Shown piece after piece: positions 20,458 through 29,696 of a stretch of 43,300 nt of DNA (position 1 is its first letter; each line of letters opens with the position of its first letter). The notes beneath the pieces are model-generated. The model ran no database searches. It was not told the origin of the DNA and saw only the letters and a program-made list of their open reading frames with translations. The DNA is taken from the sequence record DRR723986_8671. The stretch is one strand, 5' to 3'. The position numbers and the translations under genes were made by a program.

Positions 20458-21531
20458 ATGATCCCGATGCCCGGACGCGATACGCCGGTCTGGTCCGACA
20501 GTGAAGTTCTGGAATGCGTGAGTGTTCTGCCCGAGGCGCCGGGGGTGAAAACCTTCACCTTCCGTCCGCCATCAGGCGCGACTTTCGTCTATCGGGCCGG
20601 CCAGTTCATCACGCTCGATCTCCCGGTGCCTGGCGGAAACGTTCAACGCACCTATACGATTTCCTCTTCGCCGGTGACCAATGCCTATATCTCCGTAACG
20701 GTAAAGGTCCAGCAGGACAGCGTCGGTACGAAATGGATGCTGGAGAACCTTGTTCCCGGCATGCAGATCAAGGCTTATGGACCGGCTGGGCTGTTCCATC
20801 TGCCGCGCAATCCGGACAACAAGTACCTGTTCATTTCAGCCGGTTCCGGCGTTACGCCCATGATGTCGATGGCGACGACGCTCTTCGAGCGCGGTGAGGA
20901 TCCGGACATTTGTTTCATCCAGTGCGCAACGCGGCCTGTTGATCTGATCTTCCGCAAGCGGCTTGAGTACATGGCGAGCCGCGTCAACGGTTTGCAACTG
21001 CACTTCGTCGTCACTAAGAGCGATCCTTACGAGGTCTGGACCGGTTATCGCGGGCACTTCAACCAGCTCATGCTGGGCCTGATGTGCAACGACTATCTGG
21101 AGCGCGAAGTCTATTGCTGCGGCCCCGAAGGCTTCATGGAATCCGTGCGCGAAATCCTGAACTCGCTCGGTTTCAACATGGAAAACTATTTCCAGGAAAG
21201 CTTCCAGGCGCCGGCAGAGACCAAGGCTGAACTGACAGAGTTCGATGACGTCGTACCTCAGGATGACGTGCAGGCCCAGATCGTCTTTGCCAACTCCAAG
21301 GTGTCTTCCTGGTGTTCGGAAACCGACACGGTTCTGGCCGTTGCAAAGGATGCAGGGCTCAATATCCCGTCGGGCTGTACGTTCGGTGTGTGTGGCACCT
21401 GCAAGGTGAAGAAACTTTCCGGTGAAGTTCACATGGTCCACTCCGGCGGCATCAGCGATGAAGATATCGAGGCCGGTTTCATTCTGGCGTGTTGCTCGAA
21501 TCCGATCGGTACGGTCGAGGTCGATATCTGA
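20458..21531 (+). CDS. FAD/NAD-binding and [2Fe-2S] reductase of the Rieske demethylase (GbcB-like)
   Basis: RTYTISS, AGSGVTPMMSM, CGPEGFM and CTFGVCGTC..LACC. Confidence 0.9.
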   Translation: MIPMPGRDTPVWSDSEVLECVSVLPEAPGVKTFTFRPPSGATFVYRAGQFITLDLPVPGGNVQRTYTISSSPVTNAYISVTVKVQQDSVGTKWMLENLVPGMQIKAYGPAGLFHLPRNPDNKYLFISAGSGVTPMMSMATTLFERGEDPDICFIQCATRPVDLIFRKRLEYMASRVNGLQLHFVVTKSDPYEVWTGYRGHFNQLMLGLMCNDYLEREVYCCGPEGFMESVREILNSLGFNMENYFQESFQAPAETKAELTEFDDVVPQDDVQAQIVFANSKVSSWCSETDTVLAVAKDAGLNIPSGCTFGVCGTCKVKKLSGEVHMVHSGGISDEDIEAGFILACCSNPIGTVEVDI

Positions 21532-21630
21532 GCCGGAGATAGTCGAGGAAATATTCAAAATTTGCGATGTATCAATGGCGCGGGCATGAAGAGCGGAGTA
21601 TTCTGGTCTTCATGCTCGGGAGGACGTCGC

Positions 21631-22131
21631 ATGTTTGAAAGTTTCAGGAAGCCGTTTCGGATCGCAATTGCTTTTGTGGGCCTCGCAGCTTGCGGCACCG
21701 GAGCCGTCAGCGCCCAGACAATTCCGGAAGGCGTTACCGCCTACCAGGTTTCAGCGGCCTTTGATGATGTGCGTTTCGATGTTGAAAATGCCATCGTCAA
21801 TCATGGCCTGGTCATCGATTACGTCTCGCACATAGGCGACATGCTGGATCGCACATCAGAAGATGTCGGTGGTCAGAAGCAGATCTTCGTCAAGGCGCAG
21901 GCCATGTTGTTCTGCTCGGCCAATCTCTCGCGCAAGGTGATGGAGGCAGACGCTGCGAACATCGCCTATTGCCCCTATTCGGTATTCGTCTACGAAACGC
22001 CGGACCAGCCTGGCACCGTAACTGTCGGATATCGTCACCTCGGCGAAACAGGCTCTGAGGAATCCAAGGCGGCTATCGGTGAAGTGAATGCCTTGCTGGA
22101 TGCCATCGCCAAGGAAGCGGCAGGTCAGTAA
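21631..22131 (+). CDS. Exported DUF302 domain protein
   Basis: Signal peptide, HIGDMLDRT, FCSA..LS and NIAYCPY; GGAGG RBS. Confidence 0.8.
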   Translation: MFESFRKPFRIAIAFVGLAACGTGAVSAQTIPEGVTAYQVSAAFDDVRFDVENAIVNHGLVIDYVSHIGDMLDRTSEDVGGQKQIFVKAQAMLFCSANLSRKVMEADAANIAYCPYSVFVYETPDQPGTVTVGYRHLGETGSEESKAAIGEVNALLDAIAKEAAGQ

Positions 22132-22166
22132 GTGGTCGTCCGTAACTGATCGACAGCAACATTTGA

Positions 22167-22877
22167 CTAGATGTCTGCAGCCTTGTTGAGGCGGTTCAGA
22201 ACCTTCTCGGACGAAAGCTCCCGGGCAGCCGCATTGCCGACCTTGCGGGCTGTCCGGTTTTCGGATGCTGCCAGGTCTTCGGCAAGCGCGAGAGCGGCGC
22301 CATGCAGAGGCAAGGAGCGTTTGCCAATCTGGCGGAGGGCCCAGTGCACCGCTTTCCAGACAAAGTTTCGCTCGTCCGTGGCAGCTGCGCGGATCAAGGG
22401 AAAGTCGTCCAGAAACTCGGATTCGGGCGCTGTCTTGGCGTGGACGGCGCGCCAGGCGATCAGTGCAAAGGCGGCCCGCCGGACGAATTCGCGTTCGTCT
22501 GCGGCAAGTGCTGGAACCAGTTCATTTGAACCGGCACGACGGGCCAGAACATTCATGAGCTGATCGCACAGATCCCAGGAATTGATGTCGTTCAGCCATT
22601 GAAGGGCAAGCTCGGGTGCCAGGTGCCTGGGTGGGGTCAGAAGGATTGCCAAGAGCCGCGCTTCGTGAAAGCCGCTGGCCCAGAGTTCCCGTGCAAGGTC
22701 CGGGGAAGGGCCTATGGATCTGGCCAACGGACGCAGCACAGAGAGTGGAACGCCGAAGGCCCGATCTGTTTCGATGCCGAACCGCGCCATTCCAGCACGG
22801 TTCGGCTCCGTTCCCGCTTCACGCAGATCGTTCAATACGTTTTCAAGCGTGAAGGTCGTGTCCGGGACTTGGGGCAT
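22167..22877 (-). CDS. DNA alkylation repair protein (AlkD-like HEAT repeat)
   Basis: GMARFGI, LARELWASGFHEARLLA, SWDLCD and DERNFVWKAVHWALRQIGKR. Confidence 0.88.
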   Translation of the reverse strand: MPQVPDTTFTLENVLNDLREAGTEPNRAGMARFGIETDRAFGVPLSVLRPLARSIGPSPDLARELWASGFHEARLLAILLTPPRHLAPELALQWLNDINSWDLCDQLMNVLARRAGSNELVPALAADEREFVRRAAFALIAWRAVHAKTAPESEFLDDFPLIRAAATDERNFVWKAVHWALRQIGKRSLPLHGAALALAEDLAASENRTARKVGNAAARELSSEKVLNRLNKAADI

Positions 22878-22889
22878 ATGGGTGCCCGT

Positions 22890-23771
22890 TTATGACTTGT
22901 CGGCATTTTCCAGGCGGGCAATCAGGCTGGACGTATCCCAGCGTTTGCCGCCCATGGCCTGAACTTCGGCATAGAACTGATCGACCAGCGCCGTAACAGG
23001 CAGGCGGGCACCGGTATCATTTGCGGTCTTCAGGCAGATGCCGAGATCCTTGCGCATCCAGTCGACCGCAAAGCCATAGTCAAACTTGCCGGCATTCATG
23101 GTCTCCCACCGGTTTTCCATCTGCCAGGATTGGGCAGCCCCGCCTTTAATTGCGGAGATGACCTTGGCGACGTCGAGATCCGCTTTCTTGGCAAAATGGA
23201 TGGCTTCGGAGAGACCCTGCACCAGGCCGGCAATGCAGATCTGGTTGACCATCTTGGTCAATTGCCCTGCGCCGCTTTCTCCCATCAGACCGACGAATTT
23301 TGCGAAGCATTCGATGACCGGCTTGGCCTTGTCGAAAGCATCCTGATCTCCGCCGCACATTACTGTCAGAACACCGTTTTCGGCACCTGCCTGGCCACCG
23401 GAAACCGGAGCATCGATGAAGCCGCAGCCCTTTTCCTTGGCCGCTGCATAAAGTTCACGGGCAACTTCGGCAGACGCGGTGGTGTTGTCGACAAAAATCG
23501 CTCCTTCTTTCAATCCATGAAAGGCGCCATCTTCGCCGGTCGTGACGGAGCGCAGATCATCGTCGTTTCCGACGCAGGAAAAGACGAAGTCGCAACCTTC
23601 AGCTGCTTCCTTCGGGGTCTTGGCGAAGTTGCCGCCATATTCGGCAGCCCATTTCTCGGCCTTGGCAGTCGTGCGGTTATAGACCGTGACGTCGTGCCCA
23701 CCCTTGGTTTTCAGGTATCCGGCCATCGGATATCCCATGACGCCCAGACCGATAAATGCAACCTTTGCCAT
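22890..23771 (-). CDS. Beta-hydroxyacid dehydrogenase (3-hydroxyisobutyrate/tartronate semialdehyde reductase family)
   Basis: FIGLGVMGYPMA, DAPVSGG, GAGQLTKMVNQ and MRKDL. Confidence 0.93.
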   Translation of the reverse strand: MAKVAFIGLGVMGYPMAGYLKTKGGHDVTVYNRTTAKAEKWAAEYGGNFAKTPKEAAEGCDFVFSCVGNDDDLRSVTTGEDGAFHGLKEGAIFVDNTTASAEVARELYAAAKEKGCGFIDAPVSGGQAGAENGVLTVMCGGDQDAFDKAKPVIECFAKFVGLMGESGAGQLTKMVNQICIAGLVQGLSEAIHFAKKADLDVAKVISAIKGGAAQSWQMENRWETMNAGKFDYGFAVDWMRKDLGICLKTANDTGARLPVTALVDQFYAEVQAMGGKRWDTSSLIARLENADKS

Positions 23772-23793
23772 GACGACGCTCCCTTCGCATGCG

Positions 23794-23817
23794 AAGGCCC
23801 GGCACGAGCCGGGCCTT
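23794..23817. terminator. GC-rich hairpin downstream of the small ORF
   Basis: AAGGCCCGGC-ACGA-GCCGGGCCTT perfect 10-bp stem. Confidence 0.6.
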
Positions 23818-23868
23818 TAATTGAACTGGTTCATCATGGTTTTAGGCCATTTGCCTCGTGCTGTCAGC

Positions 23869-24021
23869 TTAGATCCAATAGGGCCCGCGCTGCCAGAGCC
23901 GCAAATGACGTTCCCGCTTCGCCGACTGGGCGTCCAGGTGCCGCTGGGTGCGCGGATCCGGACGAGTGTTGCTGGAGAACCGGGTTGCTTCCAGGAAGCT
24001 ACGTGCGTAAATATCAAACAT
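23869..24021 (-). CDS. Small Arg-rich hypothetical protein (50 aa), absent from the ORF track
   Basis: Manual translation MFDIYARSFLEATRFSSNTRPDPRTQRHLDAQSAKRERHLRLWQRGPYWI*; GAGAGG RBS upstream; divergent from the LysR gene. Confidence 0.7.
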   Translation of the reverse strand: MFDIYARSFLEATRFSSNTRPDPRTQRHLDAQSAKRERHLRLWQRGPYWI

Positions 24022-24103
24022 ATGCTTACATCCTCTCGCTGCGTTGTGTGAGAGTAATGTGGCTGTTTACGGCTGCTGATGCCAGTCAGGAAGATTTTCA
24101 AAA

Positions 24104-24120
24104 TGTAAGGTGAAATTACA
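24104..24120. promoter_or_regulatory. LysR T-N11-A box
   Basis: TGTAA-GGTGAAA-TTACA immediately before the LysR ATG. Confidence 0.7.
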
Positions 24121-24121
24121 T

Positions 24122-25012
24122 ATGGATTGGCGATCTCTCCCATCCCTGAACAGTCTGAGAACCTTCACTGCCGTTGCCGAGACCTGCAGTCTCTCGGCCG
24201 CGGGAAGAGAATTGAACGTCACTCACGCGGCCGTCAGTCAGCAGGTCAAGGCTCTGGAGCAGTTTCTGGGGTTGAAACTGATTGTCCGTGAGGGCAGGGG
24301 CATTGCATTGACCCCTGAAGGCAAGCAGCTCTTTGAAGGTCTGAGCGAAGGCTTTGAAATCATCAGGGAGACAGTCGATGAATTGACGCGGGAAGATCTG
24401 GTCCGTCCGCTCAACATCACCATGACGCCGTCCTTTGCAATAAGTTGGCTGATGCCGCGGATCAGCGATTTCCGGCACAAGCATCCCGACATCGAACTGA
24501 TGCTCAATCCGACGGCCGAAGTGGTTGAACTCAGACCTGGCGGCGTCGACCTGGCGATCCGTTTCGGCAAGGGCAACTGGACAGGGCTTGAATCGGAACT
24601 GTTCATCCCGACGAATTTTGCGGTGATCGGTGCCAATTGCCTGATCGGAGACAAGAAGATCGAAAGCCCTGAAGATCTTCTGGAGTTTCCCTGGTTGCAG
24701 GAATACGGCACCAACGAATTGACCATCTGGCTGGAGCGCCAGGGCGTCGTGCCCAAGGGCAAGCTCAACATCACCCATTTGCCCGGCTATATGGTGCTGG
24801 AAGGGTTGCGGCGGGGCGATGGTATTTCGGCCACCGCCAAGACCTTTGTCGAGCCTGAAATCGAGGCGGGTAACCTCAGGGTCTTATTTGAAGACGGCGT
24901 TTATCCGGGGACGGGATACCATCTGGTGACCCGCCCCGGTGTCAACCGTCCACCACTCAAGGCCTTCATGAGCTGGCTCAGGGCCATGCGCGCCGAACAG
25001 CTCGCCGATTAG
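24122..25012 (+). CDS. LysR family regulator (GcvA/TrpI-like)
   Basis: LPSLNSLRTF..SLSAAGRELNVTHAAVSQQVKALE and VDLAIRFGKGNW. Confidence 0.93.
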   Translation: MDWRSLPSLNSLRTFTAVAETCSLSAAGRELNVTHAAVSQQVKALEQFLGLKLIVREGRGIALTPEGKQLFEGLSEGFEIIRETVDELTREDLVRPLNITMTPSFAISWLMPRISDFRHKHPDIELMLNPTAEVVELRPGGVDLAIRFGKGNWTGLESELFIPTNFAVIGANCLIGDKKIESPEDLLEFPWLQEYGTNELTIWLERQGVVPKGKLNITHLPGYMVLEGLRRGDGISATAKTFVEPEIEAGNLRVLFEDGVYPGTGYHLVTRPGVNRPPLKAFMSWLRAMRAEQLAD

Positions 25013-25024
25013 CCTGGGCAGACG

Positions 25025-26191
25025 TCAGATTGCAGTGAGGGCCTGCTCCATGTCCGCAATCAGGTCGTCGCAATGCTCGATGCCGATGGACAGCCGCAAC
25101 AGGTTCTCCGGAATGCCGGAGCCTTCGCCCTCGATGGTGAAACGATGCTCGACAAGACTCTCGGTGCCGCCGAGGGAGGTTGCTCGCTGGAACAGGTCAA
25201 GCGCACCGGTGACATTCAGGGCGGCCGTTTTGTCGCCCTTGACCTGAATGGACATGAGCGAGCCAAAACCGCCGGTCATCTGGCTTTTTGCAAGTTCGTG
25301 ATGAGGGTGGCTCTTGACGCCGGGATAAAGCACCGCCTCCACTTTCGGGTGTTTTTCGAAGTGTTCCGCGAAAACCTGTGCCGATCTGTTCATGCGCTCC
25401 ACACGCAAGGCAAGTGTCCTGAGGCCCCGGAGCAAAAGCCAGGTTTCGAACGAACCGAGCACGGCGCCGGCCAACTTGCGTTCCTCGGTCAGAAACGCCC
25501 AGGCTTCGCTGCCGGCATTGTCGGTTGTGACGACGCCACCCAGAAGGTCTGAATGACCGTTGAGGGCCTTGGTCGCCGAATGCATCACCAGGTCCGCTCC
25601 GAGCGACAGAGGCTTGAGGATCAGCGGTGTTGCGGCGGTCGCATCGACGGCAAGCAGGGCGTCCGCCTGTTTGCACTGGTTGGCGATGTTCTTGATGTCG
25701 GCGACCTTCAAGAACGGATTGCTGGGCACTTCAAGCCAGACAAGATCCGGGCGAGTGACGGCTATCTCGTCCTGGAAGGACTGAAGGTCGCTTGCATCAG
25801 CTTCTACGAGGGCAATGTTGTTGCGTGCACACATCTTGCGCAGGAACAACGTGGTACCCCAGTAAATGCCGGACTGGGCAAGCAGTGTGCCGCCTGGCTT
25901 GACGATGCGGGCGACAGCGGCGACTGCAGCCATGCCGGATGCAAACAGCCGACTGTCTTCTCCCCCTTCAAGAGCAGCGATCAGTTTTTCGGTCTTCTTG
26001 AAAAGCGCATTGTCGTCACGGCTGTAGATATGACCCGGGTTGACCAGCTCATAGGTTTCGTCACGCACGAATGTGGTAGCAGTCTGTATCGGCGGCACGA
26101 TGGCGCCTGTTGCCGCATCAAAACCGCCACCACCATGGGCCAGCAGGCTGTCGAGGTGTAGGCCATGGGCAATGGAAGGCGTTTTCGGCAT
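25025..26191 (-). CDS. PLP-dependent trans-sulfuration enzyme (cystathionine gamma-synthase/lyase family)
   Basis: FASGMAA, WLEVPSNP, HSATKALNGHSD (PLP Lys), ATSLGGTESL and LLRLSIGIE. Confidence 0.92.
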   Translation of the reverse strand: MPKTPSIAHGLHLDSLLAHGGGGFDAATGAIVPPIQTATTFVRDETYELVNPGHIYSRDDNALFKKTEKLIAALEGGEDSRLFASGMAAVAAVARIVKPGGTLLAQSGIYWGTTLFLRKMCARNNIALVEADASDLQSFQDEIAVTRPDLVWLEVPSNPFLKVADIKNIANQCKQADALLAVDATAATPLILKPLSLGADLVMHSATKALNGHSDLLGGVVTTDNAGSEAWAFLTEERKLAGAVLGSFETWLLLRGLRTLALRVERMNRSAQVFAEHFEKHPKVEAVLYPGVKSHPHHELAKSQMTGGFGSLMSIQVKGDKTAALNVTGALDLFQRATSLGGTESLVEHRFTIEGEGSGIPENLLRLSIGIEHCDDLIADMEQALTAI

Positions 26192-26330
26192 GGGAGAGCT
26201 CCGTGAATGAGGGTCCCTTCGGGTTATCGCCGTCCGCTTCGATAATCAAATGAAATCAATCCATTTGGGAGAGCGGTGCCGACTTGCCTCCAAAGGAATA
26301 TCGAGAAGGCGAACGCGGGACAGGTAACAG

Positions 26331-26362
26331 AAAAACGGGCCGGAACTTGGAAAGTCCGGCCC
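26331..26362 (-). terminator. Rho-independent terminator after the ABC permease
   Basis: GGGCCGGA/TCCGGCCC stem followed by TTTTT on the minus strand. Confidence 0.7.
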
Positions 26363-26388
26363 AATTAATTCGAACGCTGAAAGTCTGC

Positions 26389-27216
26389 TCAGCGTATCAG
26401 GTGCCGCGTCAGGCGCGCTTCGATTTTGTCCCACAGGCGGCGCAGCATTTCTACCAGGAACAGATAGATCACCGCTGCCCAGATGTAGGCCTGGAAATCA
26501 TACGATCTCGAGTAGGCCCGTCTGGTTTCTCCAAACAGATCGAACACCGTCACGATTGCCGCAATGGCGGAACCCTTGAGCATGAGAATGATCTCGTTGC
26601 CATAGGGCCGCAGAGCAACGATCAGTGCCTGCGGCAGGATGATCTTGAAGAAGGTGATCTGCTTGTTGAGGCCGAGAGCAGCAGCCCCTTCCCACTGACC
26701 TCTGGGCACGTTTTGAATGGCACCGCGCAGGATTTCGGCCTGATACGCGGAGGTGTTCAGTGAAAACGCGAAGATCACGCAGAACCAGGCTTCCCGGAAA
26801 AGACCCCACAGGCCGACTGCCTCCAGCTGTGCCTGGAAGGTGCCTGCGCCATAGTAGACGAGGAAGGTCTGTGCCAGCAGCGGTGTGCCGCGGAAGAAAT
26901 AGACGAAGCAATAGGCAGGCTTCGATAAAAGCCACCATTTCGACGCCCGTGCAGCTGCGATGGGCACGCTCAGCACCGCACCAATCAGCAACGACAGGCC
27001 GACGATCTGAAGGGTGACCAGAAAACCGCTGAGGTACTCGGGCCAATACTTCAGCACGAACGGACTGGCGACGTTTATCGCCAGATAGTAGAGCAGCCAG
27101 GCACCGGAGACGATCCAGAGCGCCATGAGGACATGGCCGAGAATTCGCGTCTTGGTCCAGCCACGGGGCGGTGCGGGCGGCCGTTTCAGGCCTGTGGCGG
27201 GGTTTGCGGAGATCAT
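26389..27216 (-). CDS. Polar amino acid ABC permease (HisM-like)
   Basis: FRGTPLLAQ, SAYQAEILRGAI..GQWEGAAALG (EAA loop). Confidence 0.92.
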   Translation of the reverse strand: MISANPATGLKRPPAPPRGWTKTRILGHVLMALWIVSGAWLLYYLAINVASPFVLKYWPEYLSGFLVTLQIVGLSLLIGAVLSVPIAAARASKWWLLSKPAYCFVYFFRGTPLLAQTFLVYYGAGTFQAQLEAVGLWGLFREAWFCVIFAFSLNTSAYQAEILRGAIQNVPRGQWEGAAALGLNKQITFFKIILPQALIVALRPYGNEIILMLKGSAIAAIVTVFDLFGETRRAYSRSYDFQAYIWAAVIYLFLVEMLRRLWDKIEARLTRHLIR

Positions 27217-27926
27217 CGTGCCGTATCTCCGCGTTTGCTCCAGCGCTCGATACGCACGAGACCGGTGGACGATATCATTGCCAGGACCAGGTATATCAGG
27301 CAGGCGATGCCAAAGAACATGAAGGGTTCCTTGGTCACCCTTGCGGCGATCCCTGACTGGCGCATGACGTCAGACAAGCCGACCACCGAAACGAGCGAGG
27401 TGTCCTTGAGAAGGACGAGCCAGCTGTTTCCAAGTGCGGGCAGTGCGAGCCGGATCAATTGCGGCAGTACCACCAGTCGAAGGGTTTTGCCTTTCGACAG
27501 TCCAAGCGCATATCCGCCTTCGTATTGTCCCTGCGGGATCCCGCGAAAGGCGGAAAGAAACGCTTCGGAAGCGTAGGAAGAAAAGACGAAGGACAGTGCG
27601 ATGACACCGGCGACAAACGAATTGACTTCAAAATAGAAGTCGAAACCGGCCATCTTCAGCAAGACCTGTATCGCGATCTGTAGGCCGAAGTAGACCAGGA
27701 ACAAGGTCAGCAGTTCCGGCAGGCCCCGGAAAAGAGTGGTGTAGATATTGGCCGCCAGGCGCAAGCTGGGTTCCGATGACTTTTTCGCAAGCGCAATCAG
27801 AAATCCCAGAAACAATCCGAACGGCAAAGTCACTATTGCCAGGCAGACGGTTACAACCACGCCCCAGGCAATTTCGTCTCCCCAACCCTCTGGTCCGAAG
27901 GAGAGTAGCGTCAAAGCTTCATTCAT
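27213..27926 (-). CDS. Polar amino acid ABC permease (HisQ-like)
   Basis: FRGLPELL, GQYEG..LG and LKDTSLVSVVGL; ATGA overlap with the next gene. Confidence 0.92.
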   Translation of the reverse strand: MNEALTLLSFGPEGWGDEIAWGVVVTVCLAIVTLPFGLFLGFLIALAKKSSEPSLRLAANIYTTLFRGLPELLTLFLVYFGLQIAIQVLLKMAGFDFYFEVNSFVAGVIALSFVFSSYASEAFLSAFRGIPQGQYEGGYALGLSKGKTLRLVVLPQLIRLALPALGNSWLVLLKDTSLVSVVGLSDVMRQSGIAARVTKEPFMFFGIACLIYLVLAMISSTGLVRIERWSKRGDTAR

Positions 27927-28055
27927 AAGCCGGCGCTTCTTTCTGTTTGTCGTTGTTATTCCGGCCGCCCCTCCGGCCGTACTGCGGGATTTTTCCCTGC
28001 AGGTGGTGCAGCGCACAGCGCGCGCTGCACCGGAATGCGATCAACTGGAGGCTAA

Positions 28056-28832
28056 TCAGCCGCCGTAAACGTCGAACGTGAAGTACTTGTCGTTGATTTC
28101 CTTGTACTTGCCGTTCGCCAGGATGCCTTCGATGGCCTTGTTGAACATTTCCTTCAACTCGCCGTCGTCCTTGCGGATGGCAATGCCGGCGCCTTCACCG
28201 TTGATCACCGGATCCGGCGTCAGGGTGCCCAGCAGCTTGCAGCAGGCACCGTCATCGGTCGCCAGCCAATCGGACAGAACCACAACGTCGTCAATGACGG
28301 CATCGACACGGCCGCTGGCAACGTCGAGCTTGTATTCATCCGGCGTCGGATAAAGCTTCAGGTCTGCGGACGGCAGCTTTTCTTCAGCATAGTTTGAGTG
28401 GGTGGTGGAGGACTGTGCACCAAGTGCGACACCCTTGAGGTCTTCATCCGACGTACCGGTCAGAGCGGAATCCTTCGGCACGGCAATTGCCGGCGGGGTG
28501 TTGTAGTACTTGTTGGTGAAGTCGACCTTTTCCTTGCGCTCTTCGGTGATCGACATGGAAGCGATCACGGCGTCGAACTTGCCAGCCTGAAGGGCGGGGA
28601 TCATGCCGTCCCAGTCCTGGGTAACGAATTCGCACTCGACTTTCATTTCTTCGCAGAGTGCCTTGGCAATATCGATGTCGAAACCTATCAGCTGGCCGTC
28701 TGCGGTCAGGGAGTTGAACGGAGGATAAGCGCCTTCGGTGCCGATACGCACCTTTGACCAGTCTTTCGCCTCAGCGCCACTCACGGCAGCCAGTACTGCT
28801 ACTGCGGCCGCAGCCATACGCAATACACGCAT
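28056..28832 (-). CDS. Periplasmic basic amino acid-binding protein (HisJ/ArgT-like)
   Basis: Signal peptide; IGTEGAYPPFN, GFDIDI, QDWDGMIPAL and SMSITEER. Confidence 0.94.
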   Translation of the reverse strand: MRVLRMAAAAVAVLAAVSGAEAKDWSKVRIGTEGAYPPFNSLTADGQLIGFDIDIAKALCEEMKVECEFVTQDWDGMIPALQAGKFDAVIASMSITEERKEKVDFTNKYYNTPPAIAVPKDSALTGTSDEDLKGVALGAQSSTTHSNYAEEKLPSADLKLYPTPDEYKLDVASGRVDAVIDDVVVLSDWLATDDGACCKLLGTLTPDPVINGEGAGIAIRKDDGELKEMFNKAIEGILANGKYKEINDKYFTFDVYGG

Positions 28833-29096
28833 ATTTTGTTCCCCTAATATCTTCTTCGCGGCGCAAGCGGGTTCGTCCCGCCTTCTTGCCCGAGCGCTCT
28901 ATTCCATACACTTCGGTTCAAATTTCAAGCATGCCTACGAAAAAAACACAGCGTGATTTCGCCGAATTTTCAATTTTTCCGGCATGTCGTTGGGGAAGCG
29001 TCAAGTCATTGTGGAAACCTGACTGTTCCATGAGGCCTTTTCTTCGTGCTGTAGAAGCATGCCACTCTGAACCAAATGTCGGCCGAAGGGCAGAAA

Positions 29097-29510
29097 TCAG
29101 GCCTTTGAGTCGGCTGTTGCCTCTGCTGCTTCAGCTTCCCGGGAAGCGTCGTGAACGTCGAGAACGGATTGCAGGGTAATCACCGGGCGGGAAAGCGCAT
29201 CCCCTGCATCTGCCCCACTATAGGGTGTCGGCGAGACAACCGGCTGCTTGGTCAATTCGGCGATCTTTTCTTCGTGAACAGCCCTGTTTCTGGGGGAAAG
29301 GTTGTCCAGACCGAGTTCGGTCAGCCCATGATCTTCAAGATACTTGTGCCGAATTCGCTCTTCTTCAGGCAGTTCACGCCACTCTGCATATTGTTCCGCA
29401 AGAATGCTGCGGAATTGCAGAAACCGGCTTTCGGTTTCGCTTGGCTGCTTTTGGGGCGCCTTGGCGGATTGCGGTGACACGGAAGGCGTGGGCGGCAGAG
29501 CAGATGTCAT
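29097..29510 (-). CDS. Hypothetical protein (137 aa)
   Basis: GAGAGG RBS and upstream sigma54-type promoter; helical core EERIRHKYLEDHGLTE. Confidence 0.7.
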   Translation of the reverse strand: MTSALPPTPSVSPQSAKAPQKQPSETESRFLQFRSILAEQYAEWRELPEEERIRHKYLEDHGLTELGLDNLSPRNRAVHEEKIAELTKQPVVSPTPYSGADAGDALSRPVITLQSVLDVHDASREAEAAEATADSKA

Positions 29511-29549
29511 CAGTTCCTCTTTCTGGCTGCGAGCATTGTCAAATATGCA

Positions 29550-29565
29550 AGCAAAAATTGTGCCG
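29550..29565 (-). promoter_or_regulatory. Sigma54 (RpoN) -24/-12 promoter
   Basis: Minus strand CGGCACAATTTTTGCT matches GG-N10-GC / YGGCAC-N5-TTGCW, about 40 nt upstream of ATG 29510. Confidence 0.7.
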
Positions 29566-29696
29566 CGAGGGGATATTAAAAACCCTGATGAATCTCATGA
29601 ACTTATTGAATTTGATGCTGGAAGCCGAACTTCCTAGGAAAAGACTACCCGGTGACACATGGTTATTTCTGCCGGGTTTCGGAAAAGGGCCCTGCA

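Noticed and set aside
23817-24143. 108-aa minus-strand ORF from the track
   Set aside because: Overlaps the LysR start and lacks an RBS; the 50-aa ORF in another frame is better supported.
26192-26330. SAM riboswitch upstream of the trans-sulfuration gene
   Set aside because: No SAM-II/SAM-alpha consensus elements recognisable by eye; an Rfam scan would be decisive.
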